Positions 18,384 through 30,948 of a DNA stretch of 64,000 nt are shown in pieces. The DNA lies in the NCBI RefSeq assembly GCF_903933125.1, contig NZ_CAIZIZ010000366.1, positions 201-64,200 on the forward strand. Reading direction: 5' to 3'. Position 1 is the stretch's first letter, and the number at the start of each line of letters is the position of its first letter. The notes under the pieces were generated by a model. The model ran no database searches. It was not told the origin of the DNA and worked only from the letters and a program-made list of their open reading frames with translations. The position numbers and the translations under genes were made by a program. The DNA is from an uncultured Lamprocystis sp. (GTDB taxonomy: Bacteria > Pseudomonadota > Gammaproteobacteria > Chromatiales > Chromatiaceae).

Positions 18384-18905
18384 TCAGCCGATCATTAACT
18401 CGATGGGAGCGACATCCACGGAGATTCCGCGGATGGTCAATCCGGCCAGGGCCTGCTGCAGGTCCTCCAGGGTGCGCGCGCAGGTGCCCTGGATATTCAT
18501 GATGTAGACCGGCGCGCGGGCGTTGCCGACGACGTCCGACTCCAGATCCAGAATGTTGAACCCCTGGTCCGCCAGGCATTGGGTCACCTCGGCGACGATT
18601 CCGGTGCGGTCCGACCCGGTCACGCGCACCTGGATATTCGGCACCAGATGCTGGTGCAGTCCGCCCTGAACCGGATCCAGGTGGACGCGCAAACCTAACT
18701 CCGCGGCCACCGGAGCCAGCGCCGTCTCGAGTTCGGCGTTGGGCCGAGTCCCGGAGACCATCAGGAGGATGGTGAAACTGCCGCCCAGGCGGATCATCGA
18801 CGCCTCACCCAGGGTGCAGCCCGCCTCGTACAACACCCGGGTGACCCGGGAGACGATTCCGGGTCGATCCTGGCCCACCAGGGTCACTATGTTCCAATCG
18901 GTCAT
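18384..18905 (-). CDS. tandem ACT-domain protein (GcvR-like)
   Basis: Two ACT-like repeats (VTLVGQDRPGIVSRVTRVLYEAGC... and VRVTGSDRTGIVAEVTQCLADQGFNI). Confidence 0.7.
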   Translation of the reverse strand: MTDWNIVTLVGQDRPGIVSRVTRVLYEAGCTLGEASMIRLGGSFTILLMVSGTRPNAELETALAPVAAELGLRVHLDPVQGGLHQHLVPNIQVRVTGSDRTGIVAEVTQCLADQGFNILDLESDVVGNARAPVYIMNIQGTCARTLEDLQQALAGLTIRGISVDVAPIELMIG

Positions 18906-18949
18906 GCAGGCACCTCGCCGTGCGGTTAGGAAACGCCTATTGGCGTCTC

Positions 18950-19140
18950 GGTCGTTGTCGTTGTCGTAATCGTAATCGAGCTAAACTATCGAATTATTTC
19001 AAACGCTTGGCGGCATTGCAGGCCCAGGCTGTGTGGCAAATCGAAACCCGACAAACAGCGGGCTGCTCATGCAGAACTTAAATCGCTTATCCGATTACGA
19101 TTACGATTACGACAACGACAACGACAACGACAACGATTGT
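18950..19140 (-). repeat. microsatellite-armed inverted-repeat element, copy 1 (arms (CGTTGT)n(CGTAAT)n / (ATTACG)n(ACAACG)n, 113-nt core)
   Basis: Left arm 18950-18978, right arm 19092-19136. The reverse complement aligns with copy 2 at 30949-31076, including the identical boundary ACAATCGTTGTCG and a 31/37-identical core start. Confidence 0.85.
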
Positions 19141-19149
19141 ATTCGTTGT

Positions 19150-19932
19150 TTATTTTCTCTCGGACTCGTCGCTTGATCCAGAAATCCAGATCAGGCTCGC
19201 CATCCTCCCGGTGATCCCATCACGACGGTAGGAGAAAAAACGCTCCGGGTCGGAATAGGTGCAATCGGTGCCGCCGTAGACCTGGGTGACCCCGGCTCGG
19301 GCGAGCCGGTGTCGGGCCAGGGCAAACAGATCCGCGAACCATTTACCGTCCGGCCCTGCCTGGAAGGCGGACGCGACCCCCGGATCGGCGCCGAGAAATG
19401 CGGCACGCACCTCGGACCCCACCGCGAAGGCCGCGGGGCCGATTGCCGGACCGAGCCATACCAGGAGGTCCCCGCACGGCGCATCCAGCGCGCTCAGCGT
19501 CGCCTCAATGACGCCCGCGGCCAAACCCCGCCAGCCGGCGTGGACCGCCGCCATGTGCTGACCATCCCGGTCACAGATCAGCAGCGGCAGACAGTCGGCG
19601 GTCAGTACCGCGCACACCGATCCGGGTCGGCACGCGATGGCCGCATCCGCAGCAGGCCCGGTGACCAGTCCGCCGGTCTGCACCACCGCGCACCCGTGCA
19701 CCTGATTGAGCCACAGGGGTTCCGCCGGGAGGGCGAGGGCGGCACGCAGCAGCGCGCGGTTACGCGCGACCCGCCCCGGCGCATCCCCGACGTGATCGCC
19801 CAGGTTCAGACTGCCGTAGACTCCGGTGCTGACCCCGCCGCCGCGCGTCGTACAACAGGCATGCACCCAGGGCGGGGCCGGCCAGTCAGGTCGAATCAGA
19901 TCCAAGCCCCGCCTCCCGTCGAAACAGTTCAA
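19150..19932 (-). CDS. pgeF: peptidoglycan editing factor PgeF (YfiH/laccase-domain protein)
   Basis: TTRGGGVS, NQVHG, TADCLPLL and HAGWRG motifs. Confidence 0.85.
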   Translation of the reverse strand: MNCFDGRRGLDLIRPDWPAPPWVHACCTTRGGGVSTGVYGSLNLGDHVGDAPGRVARNRALLRAALALPAEPLWLNQVHGCAVVQTGGLVTGPAADAAIACRPGSVCAVLTADCLPLLICDRDGQHMAAVHAGWRGLAAGVIEATLSALDAPCGDLLVWLGPAIGPAAFAVGSEVRAAFLGADPGVASAFQAGPDGKWFADLFALARHRLARAGVTQVYGGTDCTYSDPERFFSYRRDGITGRMASLIWISGSSDESERK

Positions 19933-20872
19933 GCAGCGCCGCGAGGTCAGCGGCCATTGGCACCTCCCAGACCATCGCCTGGCCCGTGCGCGGATGGGTC
20001 AGCCCCAACCGGATGGCGTGCAGGGCCTGGCGCGGGAACTCCTGAATCGCCGCGGTCAAGGCCGGGGCGCAGCCCTTGGGCGGACGTGGACGCGCCCCGT
20101 ACACCGGATCGCCGACCAGGGGGTGGTGCACATGCGCCAGATGGACCCGAATCTGATGGGTGCGGCCCGTCTCCAACTCCACCCCCAGCAGGCAATGGCC
20201 GGGGAAATGCTCAAGCACCCGATAACGGGTGAGCGCGGTCCGTCCCCCGGCGACCACGGCCATGCGCGTGCGCTGCGTCGGATGTCTCCCGATCGGGGCC
20301 TCGACCATCCCGCCAGCCACCAGATCCCCGACCACCAGTGCCCGATATTCCCGATGGACCGTGCGCTGCTTGAGTTGATCCACCAGGCCGTGGTGCGTCT
20401 CCAGCGTTTTCGCAACGACCAGCAGTCCGCTGGTGTCTTTGTCGAGCCGATGGACGATCCCGGCCCGCGGCAGCGTGGCGAGCATGGGGGCATGGTGCAG
20501 CAGGGCGTTGAGTAGGGTGCCGTCCGGATTGCCGGCCGCCGGGTGGACCACCAGACCGGCCGGTTTGTCGATCACCAGGATCTCGTCGTCTTCATACACC
20601 AGCACCAGCGGGATCGCCTGGGGCGCGTCGCGGTCGCTGACCGCGAGGACCGCGTCCAACTCCACCGCCTCGCCGCCCCAGACCCGGTCGCGGCAGCGGC
20701 GCGGCAGGCCGTCCACCCGCACCTGTCCGCCCGTGATCCACTGCTGCACCCGGCCGCGGGAGAACTCCGGCCAGGACTGGGCCAAGGCCTGGTCCAGCCG
20801 CAGACCGGCGGATTGCGCATCCACGCGCAGCGAACGATACACCCGCGGCGCGTCGCCCGCGATCAGGGACAT
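19886..20872 (-). CDS. rluD: 23S rRNA pseudouridine synthase D
   Basis: S4 domain N-terminus, HRLDKDTSGLLVVAKT catalytic motif, GRTHQIRVH. Confidence 0.9.
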   Translation of the reverse strand: MSLIAGDAPRVYRSLRVDAQSAGLRLDQALAQSWPEFSRGRVQQWITGGQVRVDGLPRRCRDRVWGGEAVELDAVLAVSDRDAPQAIPLVLVYEDDEILVIDKPAGLVVHPAAGNPDGTLLNALLHHAPMLATLPRAGIVHRLDKDTSGLLVVAKTLETHHGLVDQLKQRTVHREYRALVVGDLVAGGMVEAPIGRHPTQRTRMAVVAGGRTALTRYRVLEHFPGHCLLGVELETGRTHQIRVHLAHVHHPLVGDPVYGARPRPPKGCAPALTAAIQEFPRQALHAIRLGLTHPRTGQAMVWEVPMAADLAALLELFRREAGLGSDST

Positions 20873-20965
20873 TCCGCTCTCCGCCGCGGGTGCTCGGTTG
20901 CGCTGATACCAACCTGGAGCCCTTCGGGTATACTCACACGGTTTTGAGCTTGGTTAATCGCCGAC

Positions 20966-21805
20966 ATGCCATCCACCTTAACACGACTGGCCACCTTGTT
21001 GACTGTGTTCCTGATCGGGATCGCCCTGACCGGCTGCTCGATGTTTGGGAAGGAAGCCGACGAGACTGAAGGGTGGAACGCCTCCAAGATCTACGCGGAG
21101 GCCGCGTCCGAGATGGATTCCGGAAATTATAAACGTGCCATCGAGCTCTACGAGAAACTCGAGGCCCGCTACCCCTTCGGCCGCTATGCCATGCAGGCGC
21201 AACTCGATGTCGCCTATGCAAATTACCGGGCCGAGGAACCGGAGGCGGCGCTCGCCGCGGCCGACCGCTTCATCAAGTTGTACCCCCAAAATCCGTACGT
21301 GGACTACGCGTACTATCTCAAGGGAATCGTCAACTATAACCGCAGCGTCGGTTTTCTGGACAAGTACGTACCGATGGACGTTTCCCAGCGCGATCCCGGT
21401 GCCGCCCTGGACGCGTTTACCGATTTCTCCGAGTTGGTCAAGCGTTTCCCCGACAGCAAGTATGCCGCCGATGCCCGCCAACGCATGGTCTATCTGCGCA
21501 ACAACCTGGCCAAGAACGAGGTCAACGTGGCGCGCTACTACATGAAGCGCGGCGCCTATGTCGCAGCGGCCAATCGCGCCAACTATGTGATCGAGCGCTA
21601 CCAGCGTACCAGCGCGGTCGAGGATGCGCTGGAGACGCTGGTCGCTGCCTACGAAGCCTTGGGCGAGAAGAAACTTGCGGCCGACGCGCAACGGGTCTTG
21701 GATGTCAATCGCAAGGCTGGACGTTTCGTCTCCGATGAGCCGGCACCCGGTGAGGTGAGTCTCGGCCGGAAATTCTGGGACTATTTACAGCTCGATCAGA
21801 ACTAA
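20966..21805 (+). CDS. bamD: outer membrane protein assembly factor BamD
   Basis: Lipobox LTGCS, TPR-like repeats, and YAYYLKG...RYYMKRGAYVAAANR typical of BamD/YfiO. Divergent from rluD as in many gammaproteobacteria. Confidence 0.9.
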   Translation: MPSTLTRLATLLTVFLIGIALTGCSMFGKEADETEGWNASKIYAEAASEMDSGNYKRAIELYEKLEARYPFGRYAMQAQLDVAYANYRAEEPEAALAAADRFIKLYPQNPYVDYAYYLKGIVNYNRSVGFLDKYVPMDVSQRDPGAALDAFTDFSELVKRFPDSKYAADARQRMVYLRNNLAKNEVNVARYYMKRGAYVAAANRANYVIERYQRTSAVEDALETLVAAYEALGEKKLAADAQRVLDVNRKAGRFVSDEPAPGEVSLGRKFWDYLQLDQN

Positions 21806-21843
21806 GGCGATTTCCGGCAATCGCCGGACGAGGCGCCGCGCGT

Positions 21844-22218
<375 letters not shown>

Positions 22219-22257
22219 TCAGTATAGGTTCGCGCCGCGGAGAAGAACAGCCGGCGC

Positions 22258-23974
22258 CTATGAAGCTATGCACACCCGGTCGCGTCCGGCCGCTTCAGTA
22301 GAGTGCCTGGTCCGCGGAGCGCAGCAGTGCATCCAGCTCCCCCGGTAAGCCGGGGAACGAGGCGATGCCGATGCTGATGGTCAGCGACGGCGCGGCCCGC
22401 GGGTTCTCGCCGGGGCAAGCCGCGAGCGCGCCGCGCAGCCGCTCGACGACCTCGCGGGCCGAGGCCGGGCCGGTCTGCGGCAGCAGCAGCGCGAATTCGT
22501 CGCCGCCGACGCGCGCGAACAGGTCGGTCTCGCGCAGGCTCGCCCGGCACGCCCGCGCCAGTCTCACCAGGGCTTGGTCGCCCACCGCGTGTCCGGCGCC
22601 GTCGTTGATCTGCTTGAAGTGATCGAGGTCGTTGTGAATGATCGGGCGGCCTTGGCGCACGCAGTCGACCCACACTCCCGCCTGATCGAGTGGGTAGTGC
22701 TGGCCCTCACCCTGGGCCTGGCACATGTTCTGCGTGGTGTTGGTGGACCAGGTTTGCAGTGCGATCGTCCGCTGATCGGCATTGATGAAGTGATAGAAGC
22801 CGATGGTGCTGCCGGTGAGCGCCTCGACCTCGTCCAGCGTGGCGCGCAGCAGTTCGGTGAGCCCATGCGACGGGGCCAGCGCGATCAGTCGCAGGCGTGC
22901 CGCAAGGATCGCCTGATTGCTTTTCCGCTCACGAATCTCACGCTGCAACTGGCGATTGGTCGACCGCAACTCGGCGGTGCGCGCCTCGACCAGCGCGGCG
23001 AGGTGGCGGCGGTGTTCGCGCAACTCCCGCTCCGAGGCCAGCCGCGTTGCGGCGGTGCCGACCATCCCGGCCACCGCCAGATCGATGTTCAGGCGCTCGT
23101 TCGACGGCGGTTCGCCGCTGTGATGCCCGACCGCGAGCACGGCGGTGACCCGCGACTCCTGGGTGATCGGCAGACAAATCACGGTGCCGGGTTCGGGGTC
23201 GCTGCGGCCGTAAAACCCGAGGAAGCCGCTGTCGAGCGTCTCGGCGATGCACTGGCAGAGTGCCGGACCCGGCTGGGCGGTCAGCCCGGGGCCGAGCCCG
23301 ACCGCCGTCGGCACCGCGGGGGCAAAACGCCCGCGTTCGGTGAGTTGCCCCGCCCGTCGCAGCCCGGCGATCAGGTCCACCAGGCCGGTGCCGCACAGGC
23401 CGCGCGGCGGGCCGCCACCGATGACATGCCAGACCGGATGGCCGTCGCGGAATACCAGTCGGTCGATGGCGCCCGGCTCGGCCGGCAGACCGCAGCACAG
23501 ACCACTCCCCTCAAACGCCGGGCCGCCCGCCGCCGAGGTGGTCCAGAGGGTCGCGCCGTCCCACAGCGCGATCTCGGAGTTGGTGCCGAAATCGATCAAC
23601 AGGCCCGCGTCGGGGGTGTCGGTCAGCCCGGTCGCGATCAACCCGGCCAACAGATCGGAGCCGATGAGCCCGGCCAGCGGCGCCACCAGGTCGATCCGCG
23701 CCGCGGCATTGATACCCCCAGGCCAGCGCCCAGGCCGCGGGGTCCGCCGGGCGACAGGTGATCGGCTGCGACCCATCAGTGCGAACACCGCGTCGTAGCC
23801 GTAGTGGCGCAGCGCCGCCAGTTGGCAACGGGCGAGCAGCGCCCCATCGCGCACGTAGTCCCCGACGCCAACCCCCGCGAGTACCGCGGCGTGACCAAAT
23901 ACCTGGGCCACCACCGGAACCCGGTCCGGGGTGCCGAAGGCGGCGGCGGCAGCGATGCGCTCAAGGCTGTTCAT
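22258..23974 (-). pseudogene. in-frame mosaic of gene fragments: URO-D/MtaA-like N-terminus, DUF4445 (RACo-type ASKHA ATPase) middle, GAF-linker-half GAF, 5'-truncated GGDEF with terminal frameshift
   Basis: aa 1-67 FGTPDRVPVV...RHYGYDAVF (URO-D family). aa 88-219 LLIDFGTNSEIAL...SAAGGPAFEG...GLCGTGLVD (DUF4445). aa 240-448 GAF-like. aa 449-559 LDHFKQINDGAGHAVGD...RVGGDEFALLL...ADQALY*. The expected ..EAAGRDRVCIAS* end is readable in the +1 frame down to 22258. Confidence 0.65.
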
Positions 23975-24093
23975 GGTCGGCCTCGGTCAGCGACCGACGC
24001 CATCGCCGGGTGCCGCCGCCCGCAGATAATGCAAGCCGTCGAAGGCGGTCTGGGCGACGAAATCGACGTTCAGGTTGGCGGCGGACGCCTGCT

Positions 24094-24918
24094 TCAGCGT
24101 CGCAATGACGCGTAGATTGAACGCCCGTTGAGCGGCTGTACGGGGCGGACATTGTTGACCCCGGCGGCGGCGGTGAGGCGGCGAATCCGCTCCGGGTCGA
24201 GACCTACCGGCTGGGCGATGATGTACCAGGCTGCCGGCTCGCTGCACGGGGGATTCGCCAGCGACCCCGTGTAGGTGTAGTAGCCTTGATCGGCTGGGAG
24301 CAGCAACAGGGGATTGATGCCCACCTGGCGATAGCTCAGGCGCTCCCCGGCGTGCAGCGGCAGGCGCTCGACGATGCGCGCCAGAGTCTGATTGCTGTGG
24401 CGGCCGGGTTGAATCTGCACCGCCACGATCGCGAAGCGGCCGGTGCTTGATCGATGGACCAGATGGACCTCCGCCGCCGCCGCCACGCCGTTGATCAGGG
24501 TCTCCCCCGGGCTGTGGAAGTGAAAGGAGGTCAGGTCGAAGGACTCCCCGCGCAACTCCAGTGTGCTCCCCGCGGAGCTGAGGACATGGACCCCGCGGCC
24601 GTCGTTGACCGCTTCCAGGGTTTGCGTGCGGTACCGGAAATGCAGCGGCTCGTAGGGGATCCGCTGGACGGTGCGGATATCGATCGGCGACTGCGACTGA
24701 CCCTCGCGGCAGGTCGCAAAGGCGGGCGACAGGTCCGCCCAATGGTCAGGCCCGGTCTCACCCGCGTACGACCAGGCGTCCGGCGGGGGCGTGGACGGGT
24801 CACGGGCAAACAGGATCCCACCGCAGCACAGCGGCAGGACCGCGGCCATGACCAGCAGGCCGCGCCGGGTACGGGCGCCTGGCCGAGGAGGATGACGCTG
24901 TGTTGTCATGTCAGTCAC
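24094..24918 (-). CDS. cah: alpha-class carbonic anhydrase, secreted
   Basis: Signal peptide with RRGLLVMAAV, then WSYAGETGPDHW, QSPIDI, FHFHSPGE and AEVHLVH. Confidence 0.9.
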   Translation of the reverse strand: MTDMTTQRHPPRPGARTRRGLLVMAAVLPLCCGGILFARDPSTPPPDAWSYAGETGPDHWADLSPAFATCREGQSQSPIDIRTVQRIPYEPLHFRYRTQTLEAVNDGRGVHVLSSAGSTLELRGESFDLTSFHFHSPGETLINGVAAAAEVHLVHRSSTGRFAIVAVQIQPGRHSNQTLARIVERLPLHAGERLSYRQVGINPLLLLPADQGYYTYTGSLANPPCSEPAAWYIIAQPVGLDPERIRRLTAAAGVNNVRPVQPLNGRSIYASLRR

Positions 24919-25207
24919 GCCGCCGCGTCAGGCCGGCGACGGGCACAACCTGCACCGCTTGGGGCTCATCCGCATAATAGGGCCGCTCGCCGCTGCGCCC
25001 CTGGGCATCCGCCAGTTCCTTCTCCCGCGCGGCAATCAGCATCAGGCACTGACGCATGTCCTCAATGGTCGCCTCACTGAGCGGATGACGCATCCCGGGC
25101 GGCGGGGTCACGTCTCTGATAATCCCCGTCAGGGTCTTGCGCATGGCGATCAGGATGTGCTGCTCCGCAGTGAGGGCCGGCGTGCCGGGCGGGATTGTTT
25201 CAGTCAT
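24911..25207 (-). CDS. conserved-looking hypothetical protein (98 aa), co-transcribed with carbonic anhydrase
   Basis: Its stop overlaps the cah start by 8 nt. Native GC3. No family assigned. Confidence 0.5.
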   Translation of the reverse strand: MTETIPPGTPALTAEQHILIAMRKTLTGIIRDVTPPPGMRHPLSEATIEDMRQCLMLIAAREKELADAQGRSGERPYYADEPQAVQVVPVAGLTRRRD

Positions 25208-25437
25208 GTCGGTTCTTTGCGGATCCAGTGGGTTGAGTGCACGAAGCCGGTCCACCACGCGGCGGACGACCGTGGTCTGACGATGCGCGTATCCATCGGT
25301 TGCCGAGCCTCATGCCGGTTCTTGACCGGACAGCAGGGCGGCTAACTCAGCGGCAGCGCGGAATTCAGTGGACTGCGCTAGCGCTTTTTCCAGCCTACGG
25401 CCGGAACGATGATCAAGGCCGTATAGCCGTCGGACGT

Positions 25438-25514
25438 GATAACCGGACGTAGGGGCGGGTTTTAAACCCGCCCCTACACGAGCGTCTGTCCGGATATCAA
25501 GTACGAAGGCTATA
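25438..25514 (+). repeat. REP-like composite element, copy 2
   Basis: GTAGGGGCGGGTTT/AAACCCGCCCCTAC hairpin (25449-25477) plus tail GTCCGGATATCAAGTACGAAGGCTATA. Matches 15241-15320. Marks the left edge of the low-GC block. Confidence 0.7.
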
Positions 25515-25522
25515 AAACCATA

Positions 25523-25852
25523 CTAACCGGCCATCAACTTACCAATTCTCTTCTTTACTTTATCGAATCTCGTTTTTGCGTCTTCGACGTTCTTTTCTGC
25601 CTCACGAAACTCTGAGCAAGCGATTTCCAAATCACTGCCGGCCAGCCAAGTCCGCACTACTTCAAGTTCCGCTAAGTTCTTGCTAACAACAGCACTAGCA
25701 TCACCTGTGATAATCGCCAATCTATGTTTGCAGTGTAGCCCTCTTTCTCCAGCCGGACAGGTGCAAGACACACTTAACCCGTCACTCTTTTTAGCAAAAG
25801 TAACCTCGTATGGGTTTGTAGCAGAACCCGCGACCAAAAATGAAATTTCCAC
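25523..25852 (-). CDS. small SWIM-type zinc-finger protein
   Basis: CTCPAGERGLHCKH fits the CxCxnCxH SWIM pattern and a coiled-coil-like C-terminus follows. GC clearly below genome level. Lies 226 nt downstream of ligA on the same strand. Confidence 0.6.
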   Translation of the reverse strand: MEISFLVAGSATNPYEVTFAKKSDGLSVSCTCPAGERGLHCKHRLAIITGDASAVVSKNLAELEVVRTWLAGSDLEIACSEFREAEKNVEDAKTRFDKVKKRIGKLMAG

Positions 25853-26078
25853 AACTCACCCTGTGTATCAAAGTCTCACCATGAAGTCTAGCCTAGAAAA
25901 AGCAGTTTTCACACAAAGACACTAAGATCACAAAGATATCGAAAGCGATAGGTTGATCTAGCAGGTCGCCCCCGCGGTGATCGGCCCGACGTTTTCAGTG
26001 ATCGATTCTTCTTAGTGTTCTTTATGTGAGCAATTGCCGAATTTCGGGTATCTCGGTAAACTTTATGTTTTGAAGTAC

Positions 26079-29107
<3,029 letters not shown>

Positions 29108-29458
29108 TCGGGTTCGCGCATCTGGATGGAATTGATCGGTAAAACGCGAGTATAACCCGTGTCACCGATCCTTGTGACCACGGGTACCGCGGCCAAACCG
29201 CGACCGGCGTTGGCGACCTGCATCGGTCCGGTCGTAGCGCGCGCTGCACTATACAAGTCAGTGGCTTGGCTCGGGCTGGATGCGTTGTCAGGCGATCTCC
29301 GACACATCATGCACCCGCTCGCGCGTCATTTCGCCCGCGAGCCGCGGCGCGCCGACAGTCACATAGCCCGGCCATGCTCCTGTCGGCACTCCTTGACGGC
29401 GGACGAAAATCCTTCGAGATCCGGGCGACGATGTTCCGCCAATCGCCTCAGGCTTTGC

Positions 29459-30013
29459 TTAAGGCACGGCCTTTTGGGGTTTGGCCGACTCCTCGACGAT
29501 CTTGCTCAGATCGGCCGGGGTCAGCGTGTCGTCGTAAATCCCGGCGCCGACCTGGATATCCGACTTGAACGAGACCGGGGCGCTGTGGACGTAAGAGATC
29601 TTACGCGAGGCCTTGGCCTCGCCCGGCTTCGGCCACCAGTACTCGACCCAGCCGCCGTCGGGGTTGGCGGCGGCCTTGCACATGTCCTGAAACAGCGGAT
29701 GATCCTTGTCGTCACGCATCTGCAGGATCGGCTTGCCCACCAGATCGGGGCGCAGGGGGTGCGCGATCATCACATCGTCGCGGCAGCTATAGACGAACAC
29801 ATAGCTGTCTTTCCATACCCAGCGGGAATCCTTGTTGTTATTGAAATCCGCGAAACCGGCCAAGCCCTTCGCGTTCAGGTACTGGGCGGCCTCGCGGACC
29901 TTTGCCACCACCTCCGCAGCGGTCGCCGAGTCGGCGTCGGCAGCCCAGGTCATGGCCGGAGTAGTCCCCAGGGTCAGCACCAGGCCGGCCAGGGCAAATG
30001 GGTGTTTTTCCAT
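29459..30013 (-). CDS. periplasmic single-Cache-domain protein
   Basis: Signal peptide, then YVFVYSCRDDVMIAHP...GWVEYWWPKPG, typical of sCache_2. Confidence 0.6.
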   Translation of the reverse strand: MEKHPFALAGLVLTLGTTPAMTWAADADSATAAEVVAKVREAAQYLNAKGLAGFADFNNNKDSRWVWKDSYVFVYSCRDDVMIAHPLRPDLVGKPILQMRDDKDHPLFQDMCKAAANPDGGWVEYWWPKPGEAKASRKISYVHSAPVSFKSDIQVGAGIYDDTLTPADLSKIVEESAKPQKAVP

Positions 30014-30078
30014 CGTTGAATCCTCTTGAGTCGATTGTTCTTATGATAGAAAGGCTGAGAGCGACAGCGATGCGACGC

Positions 30079-30645
30079 TCAGCTCAGCCAGGGCTTGCCG
30101 GCGGGCAGGAGTTCGCGCCCGTAAAGCTCGTTCAGGATGATGCGGGCCATCATGTACCAGGCCGACAGCGCACAGACGATTAAGGTGTAGCCGGCAACGA
30201 CGGTCATTTCCGGATAACCGAAATGCGCCAGGTCCAGCAGGATGAATCCGGCCAGCAGCAAGGTAAAGGTGATGGCCATGGCGCCGTGGATGCGCATCGA
30301 GCCGACCCAGAGAATCGCCGTGAACAATGTCCAGGCGACCAGGAACCAGCCGACATCTTGCGTGCTGGCCTTGAAAATGTCGAACTTGTTGGCGATCAGC
30401 ATCAGGGCCAGGGCGATCCAGAAGGCCCCGTACGAGGTGAAAGCGCAATACCCGAAGTTGTTTCCGGTTTTCTGCTCTTGCACTCCGGCGATGAGTTGCG
30501 CCAGACCGCCGAAGATCAGCCCAAGCCACACCACCGGTCCGATGCTGGGCATCCAGCCGACATTGTGGAACTGGAGCACCAGGGTGGTAAGACCGAAGCC
30601 GGCGAGGCCGACCACGGCGGGGTTGCCGAGTTTTTGTTCTGCCAT
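30079..30645 (-). CDS. satP: GPR1/FUN34/YaaH-family acetate/succinate channel
   Basis: NPAVVGLAGFGLTTLVLQFHN signature and six hydrophobic segments. Confidence 0.85.
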   Translation of the reverse strand: MAEQKLGNPAVVGLAGFGLTTLVLQFHNVGWMPSIGPVVWLGLIFGGLAQLIAGVQEQKTGNNFGYCAFTSYGAFWIALALMLIANKFDIFKASTQDVGWFLVAWTLFTAILWVGSMRIHGAMAITFTLLLAGFILLDLAHFGYPEMTVVAGYTLIVCALSAWYMMARIILNELYGRELLPAGKPWLS

Positions 30646-30948
30646 TATGTCAATCCCAAACGCGTATTAGAGAGGATAAGTGCCCCCGCGTGACCGCGGG
30701 GCGCCTGATCTTAACCTAACTTTGCGAAGCGCGCAGGTGCGACGTGGCGCTGTCGCCGCGGCGGCGTGCCGGCCGTGTCGGATTTTCTCTGGTTGAGCCG
30801 CACTTTTCGATCTGCCGGACGCTGGCGATGCGCGAGACGGCCTGATGCCGAGGGTCGGGGCATCAAGAGTGTCTTATATGCTTATTCGCTTATCCAGTAG
30901 TTCCGCGAAGAGGCGAAATGACGAGACAAGGGCAAGGAAAATACGCGC

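Noticed and set aside
18950-19140. Hexamer repeats considered as a CRISPR array or as coding DYDYDYDNDNDN / RCRCRC peptides
   Set aside because: The units are 6 nt with no spacers, and the two arms are mutually complementary. The ORFs crossing them (for example 30918-31208) have no start context or coding signal.
22574-23761. 395-aa plus-strand ORF
   Set aside because: It is antisense to the mosaic ORF whose domain fragments are recognisable. The product is Arg/Gly/Ala-rich with no motifs. This is a typical shadow ORF in high-GC DNA.
29108-29458. Looked for an smc remnant or ncRNA upstream of zipA, since smc-zipA-ligA is a common order
   Set aside because: Only short unconvincing frames are present. 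No conserved SMC motifs and no clear structured element.
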